A stretch of DNA of 64,000 bases from an uncultured Ileibacterium sp. (GTDB lineage: Bacteria; Bacillota; Clostridia; Peptostreptococcales; Anaerovoracaceae). Both the position numbers and the translations under genes were made by a program. Positions 29,627 through 40,884 of the stretch are shown here, in pieces. The DNA lies in contig CABTXQ010000001.1 in NCBI GenBank assembly GCA_902488835.1, positions 7,607 to 71,606 of the forward strand. Direction: 5' to 3'. A model generated the notes under the pieces. The model was not told where the DNA came from. It saw only the letters and a list, made by a program, of their open reading frames with translations, and searched no databases. How positions within the stretch are numbered: the stretch's first letter is position 1; each line of letters begins with the position of its first letter.

Positions 29627-30808
29627 ATGAAAACTTATAATAATTTACAGGTTATAGAAGATGAAAAATATATGCGACGTGCTATAAAACTTGCATTAAA
29701 TGGTAAAGGCTTTGCACATCCGAATCCTTTAGTTGGTGCTGTTATAGTAAAAGATGGGAAGATAATCGGAGAGGGAGCTCACCTTAAGTACGGAATGCTT
29801 CATGCTGAAAGAAATGCTATTAAATCAGCGACTGTACCTGTCGAAGGAGCTACATTATATGTGACGCTTGAACCATGCTGCCACTATGGAAAGACACCTC
29901 CTTGTACAGAAGCGATTATAGAAAACAAGATAAAGAGAGTTGTTATCGGCTCAAGAGATCCGAATCCTAAGGTCTTTGGCAGGGGAGTAAAGATAATGAG
30001 GGATGCAGGCATTGAAGTTGTAACTGATTTTTTAAGGACTGAATGCGATAGTCTCAACTCTATATTTTTCCACTACATAAAAGAACATACACCATACGTC
30101 CTTATGAAGTATGCGATGACTATAGATGGAAAGATTGCCACAACAAGTGGAAAATCAAAGTGGATTACAAACGATAGTTCAAGGAAACTCGTTCATGAGA
30201 TAAGGCATGATTACATGGGAATAATGGTCGGTATAGGCACAGTGCTAAGTGATGATCCTACCTTGAACTGCAGATCAATTAATATTGATGAAGTAAGGCA
30301 GCCTATTCGCATAATTTGCGACAGCCATCTAAGAATACCGATGGAATCAAAGATTGTTAAGACGGCTTATGAGTACGAAACAATGGTTATTATTTCCGAT
30401 AAAAATCTTCCCTTCGGCGATATTACAACAGATATTAAGGAACTAGATAAATCAGTAAAAAGAGATAAGATTTTAAGTCTCTTAAATAGTAATGTAAGGA
30501 TTGTAAATATTTTTGCTGAAGTTGATGACAGAATCGATTTATCGTTGCTCATGAATTACCTTCGAGAGAATAAGATTGACAGCATTCTTCTTGAAGGTGG
30601 AGGGACTCTTAACGAAAGTGCTTTAAGAGCAGGAATTGTCAACGAAGTTATGGCTTTCATTGCACCTAAAATTTTCGGTGGCATTGGAAAATCGCCTGTT
30701 ATTGGAGAAGGTGTCGATGATCCTGATAAAGCATACAGACTTAGACTTAAGAGCATTAAAAATGTCGATGAAGACATTGTAGTTAATTACATTGTAGATA
30801 AGAGGTGA
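29627..30808 (+). CDS. ribD: Riboflavin biosynthesis deaminase/reductase RibD
   Basis: PNPLVGAVIV, HAE, TLEPCCHYGKTPPC, DGKIA, DDPTL, LEGG; start uncertain (29606 or 29627). Confidence 0.96.
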   Translation: MKTYNNLQVIEDEKYMRRAIKLALNGKGFAHPNPLVGAVIVKDGKIIGEGAHLKYGMLHAERNAIKSATVPVEGATLYVTLEPCCHYGKTPPCTEAIIENKIKRVVIGSRDPNPKVFGRGVKIMRDAGIEVVTDFLRTECDSLNSIFFHYIKEHTPYVLMKYAMTIDGKIATTSGKSKWITNDSSRKLVHEIRHDYMGIMVGIGTVLSDDPTLNCRSINIDEVRQPIRIICDSHLRIPMESKIVKTAYEYETMVIISDKNLPFGDITTDIKELDKSVKRDKILSLLNSNVRIVNIFAEVDDRIDLSLLMNYLRENKIDSILLEGGGTLNESALRAGIVNEVMAFIAPKIFGGIGKSPVIGEGVDDPDKAYRLRLKSIKNVDEDIVVNYIVDKR

Positions 30809-31459
30809 ATGGTGTTTACAGGAATTATTGAAGAAGTAGGTGTAATAAACCGCCTTTCTTTGTCTGGCAATTCGGGAAGTATTGACGTAAAGGCGAGTAA
30901 GGTCCTTGAAGGAACTAAGATAGGAGATAGTATTGCGGTAAACGGGGTTTGCTTAACTGTTACAAATCTTAAGTCAAACGGATTTATCGCTGATGTGATG
31001 CCTGAAACCATAGCGAGGAGCAGTTTAAATATTCTTACAACAGGTTCTCTTGTGAACTTAGAACGAGCTATGCCGGCAGATGGCAGGTTTGGAGGGCATA
31101 TAGTATCGGGTCACATTGATGGAACGGGAATAATAGAAGAGATATATAGGGACGAAAACGCGGTTAGGATATCAATCAGGGCTGCTAACGATATTATGCA
31201 ACTAATTGTTGAAAAAGGATCCATAACGATAGACGGAATAAGTCTAACGGTAGCTTCAACAGCTGAAGATAGTTTTTCAGTATCGGTAATTCCGCATACG
31301 CTGTCAGAAACTTCCTTGATCAAAAAAGAGATAGGAAATCCGGTTAATCTTGAAACAGATATTGTCGGGAAATATGTGCAAAAATTACTAAAAAGCAGTT
31401 CAGATGAAGTTAAGAGCAATGAGCTGACAATAGAATATCTTAAAGAAATGGGATTTTAG
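30809..31459 (+). CDS. ribE: Riboflavin synthase
   Basis: (M/V)FTGIIEE, GDSIAVNGVCLTV, VNLERA, GGHIVSGH. Confidence 0.96.
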   Translation: MVFTGIIEEVGVINRLSLSGNSGSIDVKASKVLEGTKIGDSIAVNGVCLTVTNLKSNGFIADVMPETIARSSLNILTTGSLVNLERAMPADGRFGGHIVSGHIDGTGIIEEIYRDENAVRISIRAANDIMQLIVEKGSITIDGISLTVASTAEDSFSVSVIPHTLSETSLIKKEIGNPVNLETDIVGKYVQKLLKSSSDEVKSNELTIEYLKEMGF

Positions 31460-31485
31460 AATAAACTTGGAAATGGAGGGTTAAT

Positions 31486-32703
31486 ATGAGCGAGAAAACG
31501 AAATACGAATATAATACAATAGAGGAAGCTCTTTCGGAGTTAAGAGCAGGAAGGATGATCTTGGTTACAGATGATCCTGATAGGGAAAACGAGGGGGATC
31601 TTATCTGTGCAGGAGAATTTGCAACCCCAGAGAACATGAACTTTATGGCTACTTATGGAAAGGGATTAATCTGTACACCGATGAGCATAGAGGTTGCAAA
31701 AAGGCTTGGACTTCCCCCTATGGTATCTGAAAATACTGATAACCACCAGACGGCATTTACAGTGTCTATAGACCATATAGATACGACAACAGGAATATCA
31801 GCAGTTGAAAGATCATATACTATTATGAAGTGCATTGATAAAAATACCAAGCCGGAAGACCTAAGAAGACCGGGCCATGTATTCCCACTTATTGCAAAAT
31901 ATGGAGGGGTTCTTGTAAGGAACGGACATACTGAAGCAACAGTGGACCTTCTAAGACTTGCCGGACTTGAGCAATGCGGAGTATGCTGTGAAGTTATGGA
32001 CGATGACGGAACGATGATGAGAACACCGAAGCTATGGGAAATGGCAAAAAAATATAATCTAAAATTCATTACAGTAAAAGAACTCCAGGATTATTGCCGT
32101 ACTCATGAATCTCATGTTCTATGTGAGGCAGAATGTGATCTTCCAACAGAACACGGTGATTTCAAGGCATTTGGATATGTTAATGATATTACTGGAGAGC
32201 ATCATGTGGCTCTTGTTAAAGGAGATATAGGTGATGGTGAAAATATACTTTGTAGAGTACACTCTGAATGCTTAACAGGAGATACTTTCGGCTCTTACCG
32301 ATGTGATTGTGGACATCAGCTTCAAAAGTCAATGGAAATGGTGAATGAGGAAGGTCGCGGAATAGTGCTATATATGAGGCAAGAGGGTCGTGGAATTGGT
32401 CTTATAAACAAGCTAAAAGCATATGCACTTCAAGAGGACGGTATGGATACAGTTGATGCGAATATAGCATTAGGCTTTGCACCTGATCTTAGAGAATACT
32501 GGGTAGGTGCTCAGATATTAAAGGATCTTGGTGCAAAATCGTTAAGGCTTCTCACAAACAATCCTGATAAAATATATGGATTAGGAGATTTCGGCCTCGA
32601 AATTCTTGAAAGAGTTCCAATAGAAGTAAAGCCTCAAAGATATGACGAAAAATACCTGAGCACTAAGAAGACAAAAATGGGTCATCTTTTGGACCTTGTA
32701 TAA
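31486..32703 (+). CDS. ribBA: Bifunctional DHBP synthase/GTP cyclohydrolase II
   Basis: [50 protein letters not shown]. Confidence 0.97.
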   Translation: MSEKTKYEYNTIEEALSELRAGRMILVTDDPDRENEGDLICAGEFATPENMNFMATYGKGLICTPMSIEVAKRLGLPPMVSENTDNHQTAFTVSIDHIDTTTGISAVERSYTIMKCIDKNTKPEDLRRPGHVFPLIAKYGGVLVRNGHTEATVDLLRLAGLEQCGVCCEVMDDDGTMMRTPKLWEMAKKYNLKFITVKELQDYCRTHESHVLCEAECDLPTEHGDFKAFGYVNDITGEHHVALVKGDIGDGENILCRVHSECLTGDTFGSYRCDCGHQLQKSMEMVNEEGRGIVLYMRQEGRGIGLINKLKAYALQEDGMDTVDANIALGFAPDLREYWVGAQILKDLGAKSLRLLTNNPDKIYGLGDFGLEILERVPIEVKPQRYDEKYLSTKKTKMGHLLDLV

Positions 32704-32727
32704 TTAAATGATGATAAGGAGATAAAA

Positions 32728-33201
32728 ATGAAAAACATCAATTTGCTTGAAGGAAAATTAGTAGCACCAGATGGAATGAAGGTTGGAATAATAGCGACTA
32801 GGTTTAACGAGTTTATCGTTTCAAAGTTGCTTGATGGGGCCTTGGATGGCCTAATAAGGCATGGAGTATCTGAAGATAATATAACAGCAGTATGGGTTCC
32901 CGGCGCATTTGAGATACCTGCAGTAGCTAATAAGATGGCAAATTCAGGTAAGTATGATGCCATTATTTGCCTTGGAACAGTAATAAGAGGGCAGACGAGT
33001 CATTATGATCTTGTCTGCAACGAAGTTGCAAAGGGCATTGCACATGTATCTATAGGAACAGGTATTCCTACGCTATTCGGCATCGTAACAACAGAGAATA
33101 TTGAGCAGGCAATATCACGTGCAGGAACAAAGGCTGGAAACAAGGGCTATGACTGTGCACTTTCAGCTGTTGAGATGGTCAATTTGAATAAACAGCTTTA
33201 A
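32728..33201 (+). CDS. ribH: 6,7-dimethyl-8-ribityllumazine synthase
   Basis: [37 protein letters not shown]. Confidence 0.97.
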   Translation: MKNINLLEGKLVAPDGMKVGIIATRFNEFIVSKLLDGALDGLIRHGVSEDNITAVWVPGAFEIPAVANKMANSGKYDAIICLGTVIRGQTSHYDLVCNEVAKGIAHVSIGTGIPTLFGIVTTENIEQAISRAGTKAGNKGYDCALSAVEMVNLNKQL

Positions 33202-33236
33202 ATTTTTTATAAAAAAGCAATATATTTATATATCTC

Positions 33237-33274
33237 TTAAATCCGTTGCAAAATGCAGCGGATTTAATTGTTTT
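33237..33274 (+). terminator. Terminator after the rib operon
   Basis: TTAAATCCGTTGCA-aaa-TGCAGCGGATTTAA followed by TTGTTTT. Confidence 0.75.
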
Positions 33275-33370
33275 ATTAATATATATAGATGTTTTATGTT
33301 ATAATAAAACACCTATAATATGATTGATAAGAATATTATTTTCATAATATTTTAAGGGAGAATATATATA

Positions 33371-34393
33371 ATGAGACTTTTAATTGATGGAATGGGCGGA
33401 GATAATGCTCCTGCTGATATTGTTAAAGGTGCGGTAAAAGCTGCAAAAGAAATCGATGACACAGTACTTATAATAGGAAAAGAGGAGATGATTTCTGAAT
33501 GCCTTTATAAAGAAGGCTGGAAGGGAGATAATATCCAGATTGTAGATGCTTCTGAAATAATTGAAAATGATGAGTCTCCTGCAATGGCAGTTAGGAAGAA
33601 AAAAGATTCAAGCATATCAAAGGGTATGAGGCTATTAAAAGAAGGTGAAGTAGATTGCTTTATATCAGGAGGAAGTACAGGTGCATTATTATCTTCCGGA
33701 CTTTTCACGCTTGGAAGGATTAAGGGGATTAAGAGACCTGCAATAGCAACATTTTTCCCAAGAATAAATAGTGACCTGCCTCTTCTATTGATTGACTGTG
33801 GAGCAAATGTAGAGGCTAAGCCTGAGTATGTTAAACAGAATGGTATTATGGGAAGTATTTATTTTGAAAGGGTTCTTGGAATTAAAAATCCTAAAGTAGG
33901 ACTACTCAATGTAGGTGTTGAAGAAGGGAAAGGTGATGAACTTCATAAAGAAGCATTTAAACTCCTTAAGGCTTCAGATATCAACTTTACTGGAAATATC
34001 GAGGGACGAGATGTAATATTTGGAAATTGCGATGTGGTTGCAACAGATGGATTTTCGGGGAATATATTTCTGAAGTCGTCAGAAGGAACGGCTTTAGCAA
34101 TTCTAAAGAGTGTTAAGGATAAGTTAAGTGAGAGTCGTATAGCCAAGATTGGTGCTGGCATGATGTACTCTAAATTAAAGAGTCTAAAAAAAGAGTTTAA
34201 TTATAAAGAGGCTGGAGGTGCACCGATTTTAGGACTTAAGGGACCGGTATTAAAAATCCATGGAAGCTCAGATGACTATGTTGTATACAATGCCTTAATT
34301 AAGGCACGAGAATATGTAAAGGCTGATGTTACCGATGAAATAGAAAGGGCGATTGAAGATTTCTCTAATGAGGTGGTAATGGATGGAGAGTAG
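33371..34393 (+). CDS. plsX: Phosphate acyltransferase PlsX
   Basis: IDGMGGDNAP, SGGSTGA, IKRPAIA, DCGAN, GNIEGRD, DGFSGN, KIHGSS. Confidence 0.95.
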   Translation: MRLLIDGMGGDNAPADIVKGAVKAAKEIDDTVLIIGKEEMISECLYKEGWKGDNIQIVDASEIIENDESPAMAVRKKKDSSISKGMRLLKEGEVDCFISGGSTGALLSSGLFTLGRIKGIKRPAIATFFPRINSDLPLLLIDCGANVEAKPEYVKQNGIMGSIYFERVLGIKNPKVGLLNVGVEEGKGDELHKEAFKLLKASDINFTGNIEGRDVIFGNCDVVATDGFSGNIFLKSSEGTALAILKSVKDKLSESRIAKIGAGMMYSKLKSLKKEFNYKEAGGAPILGLKGPVLKIHGSSDDYVVYNALIKAREYVKADVTDEIERAIEDFSNEVVMDGE

Positions 34394-35084
34394 AAGTTAT
34401 TCGACACTTCAACAGAGAATAGGATATAAATTCAATGATTTAACTCTTTTGAAAAATGCTTTGACACACAGTTCATACGCTAATGAAGCAGGCCTTCCCT
34501 TCAACAAGAACAATGAAAGGCTCGAATTTATAGGAGATGCATACCTTGATGCATTTATAGGCATAACATTATTCTCACTCATGCCAAATGTTAAAGAGGG
34601 GATTCTTTCAAAGAGAAGATCTGAGATAGTGTGCGAAAAATCTTTAGCACAGATTTCCTCTGAGATTGGACTGGGGGAATATATATTCCTTGGAAACGGC
34701 GAAGAAATTGATGGAGGAAGACTAAAGCCATCTATTTTAGCAGATACTCTTGAAGCAATAATAGGTGCAATTGTACTTGACGGCGGAAGTAATGAAGCGA
34801 AAAGGGTTGTGCTTGATTTATTTAATCATAGCATCACTTTATCAGTACAAGGGAGACTCAATCAGGATTACAAATCTATGCTTCAGGAAAAATTGCAGGA
34901 TAAGTATAAGAATATAAAAATTGAATACAAAGAAATTTCAGAAAAAGGACCAGATCATGCAAAGGAATTTATGATTGCAGTATATGCAAACGATAAAAAA
35001 CTTGGAACAGGTATAGGAAGCAGCAAAAAGGAAGCTGAACAAAATGCAGCAGGAAATGTCCTCAAGGGTAAAGGACTTCGATAA
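34383..35084 (+). CDS. rnc: Ribonuclease III
   Basis: ALTHSS, NERLEFIGDA, ADTLEAIIGA, dsRBD (DYKSMLQE, GPDH, KKEAEQNAA). Confidence 0.97.
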   Translation: MESRSYSTLQQRIGYKFNDLTLLKNALTHSSYANEAGLPFNKNNERLEFIGDAYLDAFIGITLFSLMPNVKEGILSKRRSEIVCEKSLAQISSEIGLGEYIFLGNGEEIDGGRLKPSILADTLEAIIGAIVLDGGSNEAKRVVLDLFNHSITLSVQGRLNQDYKSMLQEKLQDKYKNIKIEYKEISEKGPDHAKEFMIAVYANDKKLGTGIGSSKKEAEQNAAGNVLKGKGLR

Positions 35085-35105
35085 ATTTATGATAGAGGTA
35101 TAAAA

Positions 35106-38100
35106 TTGCTTTTTAAAAAAATATATATGCACGGATTCAAATCTTTTGCAGATCCTGTGACTATAGAATTAGATAATGGAATAACATGCGTTGTCGGTCC
35201 AAATGGTGCCGGTAAGAGCAATATTTCGGATGCCTTGAGATGGGTCCTTGGTGAACAGAGCCCAAAACAGCTCAGAGGCGGTAAGATGGAAGAAGTTATT
35301 TTTGCCGGAACTAAGACTAGAAAACCTAAGGGCATGGCAGAAGTGACTCTTCTTATAGACAATAGCGATAAATCTCTACCTATAGAATATAATGAAGTTT
35401 CAGTTACAAGGAGAATGTTTCGTTCAGGAGAAAATGAATACATAATTAATGGTAATCAATGTAGATTAAGGGATATCCGAGAACTTTTTATGGATACGGG
35501 TATAGGAGTAGAAGGATATTCTATTATCGGACAGGGTAAAATTGCAGATCTTATTAGCACAAAACCTGAAAATAGACGTGAGATATTTGAAGAGTCTGCA
35601 GGGGTTGTCATGTATAAGACGAGAAAAGCTTCTGCTGAGAAGAAGATAAAGACTGCAAATGATAATCTTGATAGGGTAAGAGATATTATAGCTGAAATTG
35701 AAGGGAGAATCGACGATCTTAGAGAGGACTCAAGTAAGGCGAAAGAATATATCGAATTAAGAGATAGGTATAAGTATCTTTCAGTCAATATAATCATACA
35801 TAATATACAAGGAATCGATAAGAATCTTATAATTTATTCGGATGATTTAAAAAGCATGAAAGAATCCCTAAATTCTTTTGCCGATAGTCTTAATAAATTG
35901 GAAAATGAGCTTGAAGAATTAAGGATAAGGGAAGATGAGTTAAATGATGTAATAGAGGAATCAAATACTTTACTGATAGAAAAAATAAATGAATTAAACC
36001 GGATAAGTAACAGAGGTCAGCTTAACAGTGCAAGACTTGTTCAACTTGATAAAGATATAAGCAGGTTAAATAATAATATTGAATATAATAAGAATAAACT
36101 TTTAGTTGAAAATGAAAAATTTATTGAGCTTGAAACGCTTGAAAAAGATATTGATATTGAACTTTCAAAAGATAAGGAGAATATTGAGAAAACACTATCA
36201 ATAATTAACGATAGAAAAACAAAGCTCAAACTCATAGAAAATGAAATTGAAAGCAATAAGAATGAATTAATAGATTTAAACAGCGAGTCTATAAGAAAAA
36301 AAGCAGAAATTGGTGTACTTTCAAATTATTTAACAACTCTTTTGAATAGAAAAGATGAAATAGTTAATGAACATAAGACAAAGGATGAAAGTTTTACCAG
36401 AAATAAATTAGAGCTTGAAAAAATCAATCTTGAAATAGAATCAAAAGTAAAAAATATAAAAGAAGTTGAATCACTTATAGATAAATATAATAATGAAATT
36501 AATACTCTTGAATCAAATAGCAAGGAGTTAAACGATAGGATACAAGACAATTCAAAAAAAAGGACAATAAAAGAATCAAGAAAGACCACTTTAATTGAAC
36601 TCGAAAACAGATATGACGGATATAATAATTCAGTAAGATCACTTATGAACAGAAAGATAAATGGATTAATAGGAACGGTATCTGATTTAATTTCTGTCCC
36701 AAATGGATATGAAAATGCTATCGAAACTGTACTCGGTAATCAAATGCAGAATATAGTTTGTGAAAACGATAAATCGGCAAAAGAAGCTGTAATTTGGCTG
36801 AAATCTTCAGGTAATGGAAGAGCAACATTTCTTCCTCTTAAGTCAATCAAAGGAAAAAAGATTTCTCCTGATATAGACACTGTAAATTCTGCAGGTTATC
36901 TTGGAATTGCTTCTGATATAGTTAAAAGTGAATCTAAATATCATAATATACTGAATTACCTTCTCGGAAGAATAATCGTAGTAGATACGATGGATAATGC
37001 AATAAAAATATCAAAAAAGAATACAGGATCAAACCGGATTGTAACACTCGATGGAGAAGTTGTAAATGCAAGTGGTGCCATAACAGGCGGAAAATACAGA
37101 CATAAGACGTCAAATATACTTGCAAGGAAAAAAGAAATCGATGTTCTTGAACATGAAATAAACAATCTAATAATAGAAGAAAAATTATTGATTAACAAAA
37201 AATCAAATAATGATAAGGATATCTCTATTGCTAATGATAAGAAAAAGGGCATCTATGATGAACTAAAAAAGTTTGAGATAGAGCATAATATTCTTATGAG
37301 CGACTATAATCATATTAATGAAAGAGTCAACAGTGCTAAGGAAAAAGAAGATAGATATGAAAGGGATGTAAATAATATAAAAAAAGATATTGAAAGCACA
37401 AAAACTCTCATTGAAAAATATAAACAAGAGATATCTGAGTCTGAAGAATTTTCGATAAAATTAAATAAAAACACTTCAAACCTTATTGATCAGGGAGAAA
37501 ATTATAAAGATTTGTTAAATGAAGATAATGAGGAACTCATAGTAAATCGCCTTTCATTAAAGAAAAATGAAACTAAGAAACTTTCTAACAATGAACTTAT
37601 CGAGCAAATTAGGGATAATATCACGGATTATAAAGATTTGATTGAATCAACTCAGTCGGAACTAGAATCTTTTATAAATGAAAAAAATGTATTGTCAGGT
37701 AATAGCGAAAGCTCAGATGAAATAATAAATGAACTAAAGACCGAAAAAGAAGAACTTGAGAAGAAGATAGAATCAAGTTCAAGAGAATTGGAAGATAATA
37801 AAAATCAATACAAAAACAATATAAAATCACAAAAAGAGATAAATAATGAAATAAGTCATTTGCAGGATGATATACACAAAAATGAATTAAAAATTACAAA
37901 GAATGAAACTGTTATAGAGTCGCTAAAAGACAAATTGTGGGATGAGTTTGAAACCTCATATGCTGAAGCATTTGATATTAAGGAAGAAGACCTTAAAATA
38001 ACTTCGGCTAATAAAGAAGTTAAAGAAATTAAAATAAAAATTGCAGAACTTGGAGAAGTAAATATAGGTTCAATTTCAGAGTATGAAAAGGTCAAAAAGA

Positions 38101-38651
38101 GATATGAGTTTATGATTTCTCAGGAATCAGACATCAAGGATGCTATAACTGAACTAACAGGAATCATAAATAGCATGGAAAGAACTATTAAAATCAAATT
38201 TAATGAAAACTTCAAAAAAGTCGCAATTAATTTTGAGGAGATGTTCAAAGTCCTTTTTGGTGGCGGTTATGCAGAACTTAGACTCGAGGATGACTCAAAT
38301 CCACTTGAATCAGGAATAGAAATAATTGCACAACCACCAGGCAAAAAGCTTAGAAATATTAATTTGATGTCAGGGGGAGAAAAAACGCTGATTGGGGTTG
38401 CACTTATGTTTGCCGTATTAAAAGCGAAACCTACACCTTTCTGTATACTGGACGAGGTTGAAGCTGCCCTTGATGAATCAAATATTGAAAAGTTTGGAAA
38501 TTGTTTGAAAAGTTTTGATGACATACAGTTTGCAATCATAACACATCAAAAGAAAACGATGGAGCATGCAGATGTCCTATATGGTGTGACTATGCCTGAA
38601 CATGGAATATCAAAACTTATATCATTAAAACTTTCAGAAAGGGAAAATTAA
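35106..38651 (+). CDS. smc: Chromosome segregation protein SMC
   Basis: GFKSFA, Walker A GPNGAGKSN, coiled coils, hinge GRATFLPL, MSGGEK, LDEVEAALD. Confidence 0.97.
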   Translation: MLFKKIYMHGFKSFADPVTIELDNGITCVVGPNGAGKSNISDALRWVLGEQSPKQLRGGKMEEVIFAGTKTRKPKGMAEVTLLIDNSDKSLPIEYNEVSVTRRMFRSGENEYIINGNQCRLRDIRELFMDTGIGVEGYSIIGQGKIADLISTKPENRREIFEESAGVVMYKTRKASAEKKIKTANDNLDRVRDIIAEIEGRIDDLREDSSKAKEYIELRDRYKYLSVNIIIHNIQGIDKNLIIYSDDLKSMKESLNSFADSLNKLENELEELRIREDELNDVIEESNTLLIEKINELNRISNRGQLNSARLVQLDKDISRLNNNIEYNKNKLLVENEKFIELETLEKDIDIELSKDKENIEKTLSIINDRKTKLKLIENEIESNKNELIDLNSESIRKKAEIGVLSNYLTTLLNRKDEIVNEHKTKDESFTRNKLELEKINLEIESKVKNIKEVESLIDKYNNEINTLESNSKELNDRIQDNSKKRTIKESRKTTLIELENRYDGYNNSVRSLMNRKINGLIGTVSDLISVPNGYENAIETVLGNQMQNIVCENDKSAKEAVIWLKSSGNGRATFLPLKSIKGKKISPDIDTVNSAGYLGIASDIVKSESKYHNILNYLLGRIIVVDTMDNAIKISKKNTGSNRIVTLDGEVVNASGAITGGKYRHKTSNILARKKEIDVLEHEINNLIIEEKLLINKKSNNDKDISIANDKKKGIYDELKKFEIEHNILMSDYNHINERVNSAKEKEDRYERDVNNIKKDIESTKTLIEKYKQEISESEEFSIKLNKNTSNLIDQGENYKDLLNEDNEELIVNRLSLKKNETKKLSNNELIEQIRDNITDYKDLIESTQSELESFINEKNVLSGNSESSDEIINELKTEKEELEKKIESSSRELEDNKNQYKNNIKSQKEINNEISHLQDDIHKNELKITKNETVIESLKDKLWDEFETSYAEAFDIKEEDLKITSANKEVKEIKIKIAELGEVNIGSISEYEKVKKRYEFMISQESDIKDAITELTGIINSMERTIKIKFNENFKKVAINFEEMFKVLFGGGYAELRLEDDSNPLESGIEIIAQPPGKKLRNINLMSGGEKTLIGVALMFAVLKAKPTPFCILDEVEAALDESNIEKFGNCLKSFDDIQFAIITHQKKTMEHADVLYGVTMPEHGISKLISLKLSEREN

Positions 38652-38664
38652 CAATAGATTAAAA

Positions 38665-39561
38665 ATGAGTATTTTTAAGGAAAAAGGAACGCTAAAGAAA
38701 ATTGGAGAGAGGCTAACAGATATTCTGATTAATAATCCTAAGATCGATGAAGACCTTATGGATGATATCGAAGAAGCTCTTGTTATATCAGACATAAATC
38801 TAAGCACAGCTGAAAAGATCATGGAAATGCTTAGGAAAGAAATTAAAGATAAATATATCAAGGATGCTGATTCGGTAAAAAAAGCATTGACAGAAATTAT
38901 AACAGGTCTTATTGATAAGAAAGAGAGACAAAAACTTAGTGAAGATTATCCGTTGGTAATACTTGTAGTAGGAGTGAATGGCGGTGGAAAGACTACATCT
39001 ATTGCAAAACTTGCAAAGATGCTAAAAGACCAAGGGAAAAGCGTTATACTTGCAGCAGCTGATACATATAGAGCTGCTGCAATTGAGCAACTTGTGCATT
39101 GGGGAGAAAAAATAGATGTAAGGGTAATAAAACATAAGGAAGGAACAGATCCATCTGCTGTAATATATGATGCAATTCAATCAGGAAAAGCCAGTAATAT
39201 CGATGTGATTATTTGTGATACGGCTGGAAGGCTTCAGAATAAGAAAAACCTTATGAATGAGCTTGACAAGATGAACCGTGTTATATTAAGAGAATATCCT
39301 GAGGCAGCAAGAGAAACACTGCTTGTTATAGATGCGACTATTGGTAAAAATGCCATTAACCAAGCTGAAAAATTTAATGAAGTTTCTTCACTTACTGGTA
39401 TTATTATTACTAAATTGGATGGTACTGCGAGAGGAGGAATTGCTATAACAATAGCAGATGAATATGATATTCCAATTAAGTTCGCAGGAGTAGGAGAAGG
39501 AATGGATGATCTTATTGAATTCATTCCTAGAGAATTTGCCGGAGGGATTTTTGATGAGTAA
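38665..39561 (+). CDS. ftsY: Signal recognition particle receptor FtsY
   Basis: GVNGGGKTT, DTYRAAA, DTAGR, TKLDGTARGG. Confidence 0.97.
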   Translation: MSIFKEKGTLKKIGERLTDILINNPKIDEDLMDDIEEALVISDINLSTAEKIMEMLRKEIKDKYIKDADSVKKALTEIITGLIDKKERQKLSEDYPLVILVVGVNGGGKTTSIAKLAKMLKDQGKSVILAAADTYRAAAIEQLVHWGEKIDVRVIKHKEGTDPSAVIYDAIQSGKASNIDVIICDTAGRLQNKKNLMNELDKMNRVILREYPEAARETLLVIDATIGKNAINQAEKFNEVSSLTGIIITKLDGTARGGIAITIADEYDIPIKFAGVGEGMDDLIEFIPREFAGGIFDE

Positions 39562-40882
39562 GCCAGTTGTTTCAATTATTGGAAGACCAAATGTCGGTAA
39601 ATCTACTTTTTTTAATAAAATAATAGGAGAAAGAAGATCAATTGTTCTAAACACTCCAGGAGTAACAAGGGATAGAATTTATGCTGAAACTGAATGGAAT
39701 GGAAAGAAGTTTGCAATAATAGATACAGGTGGAATTGAGCCTAATTCAGATGATCCGATTCTTTCACAAATGAGACAACAGGCTATAATGGCAATGGATA
39801 TGTCGGATGTAATACTCTTCATGGTTGATGGAAAAGAAGGAGTAACAATTTCTGATTCTGAAGTTGCGACAATACTAAGAAGAACTGGTAAGCCGGTATT
39901 TTTGGTTGTAAATAAAGTTGACAGAATGAAATTCGATAAAGATATAGTAAATATTTATGATTTTTATGAACTTGGACTCGGAGATCCTATTCCTATTAGT
40001 TCTGTTAACATGTTGAATTTCGGTGATCTATTAGATGAAATAGTTGATTCATTTCCTAATAATTCATATATCGATGAAGAAGATGACATAAAAATTGCAG
40101 TAATAGGAAAACCTAATGTCGGGAAGTCATCATTCGTAAATGCAGTTACAAATGAATCAAGAGTAATAGTATCCGATGTAGCTGGCACAACAAGAGATTC
40201 TATTGACATGCCTTTTTCTTACGATGGAAAAAATTTTACATTGATCGATACAGCTGGGATAAGAAGAAAAAGCAAAGTTAACGAGGATGTTGAAAAATAT
40301 AGTGTTGTCAGAGCAGTTGCAGCAATTGAAAGGTGTGACGTATGCGTACTAATGATAGATGCAGAATCAGGCATAACGGAACAGGATAAAAAAATTGCAG
40401 GGATAGCTCATGAAGCCGGTAAGGGGCTTATGATAGTTGTAAACAAATGGGATTTAATAAAAAAGCAAACTAATACTATGAGGGACTATGAAAAAGAAAT
40501 TAAAAGCGAACTCCTATTTGCTTCATATGCACCTATAATCTTCATCTCAGTATTGAAAAAAAATAAGATTTATGATGTAATAAAAACCGCTGCAAAAATA
40601 CAAAAAATACGTTCTGAAAGGATTCCGACAGGACGATTAAATGCAGTAATTGAAGATGCAGTAATGATGAAACAGCCTCCATCAGATAAAGGAAAGAGAC
40701 TTAAGATATATTACGCATCTCAGATTGGTGTAAAACCACCACTTTTTTCATTTAATATAAACAAAAGAGAACTAATACATTTTTCATATATGAGATATTT
40801 GGAAAATAGAATTAGAAAGGAATTTGATTTTGAAGGAACGTCATTAAAGTTCATCTTTAATGAAAAACGTGAGGGAAGATAG
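39554..40882 (+). CDS. der: Ribosome biogenesis GTPase Der (EngA)
   Basis: Two GTPase domains (GRPNVGKST, GKPNVGKSS), TRD motifs, KH-like C terminus; start ATG 39554 after GGAGG. Confidence 0.97.
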   Translation: MSKPVVSIIGRPNVGKSTFFNKIIGERRSIVLNTPGVTRDRIYAETEWNGKKFAIIDTGGIEPNSDDPILSQMRQQAIMAMDMSDVILFMVDGKEGVTISDSEVATILRRTGKPVFLVVNKVDRMKFDKDIVNIYDFYELGLGDPIPISSVNMLNFGDLLDEIVDSFPNNSYIDEEDDIKIAVIGKPNVGKSSFVNAVTNESRVIVSDVAGTTRDSIDMPFSYDGKNFTLIDTAGIRRKSKVNEDVEKYSVVRAVAAIERCDVCVLMIDAESGITEQDKKIAGIAHEAGKGLMIVVNKWDLIKKQTNTMRDYEKEIKSELLFASYAPIIFISVLKKNKIYDVIKTAAKIQKIRSERIPTGRLNAVIEDAVMMKQPPSDKGKRLKIYYASQIGVKPPLFSFNINKRELIHFSYMRYLENRIRKEFDFEGTSLKFIFNEKREGR

Positions 40883-40884
40883 AT

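Noticed and set aside
35800..38050. Low-GC, A-rich segment suggesting foreign DNA
   Set aside because: Explained by the SMC coiled-coil composition (K/E/N/I) within a single intact ORF.
38665..39561. Short FtsY lacking an acidic N-terminal domain
   Set aside because: NG-only FtsY is common in Firmicutes.
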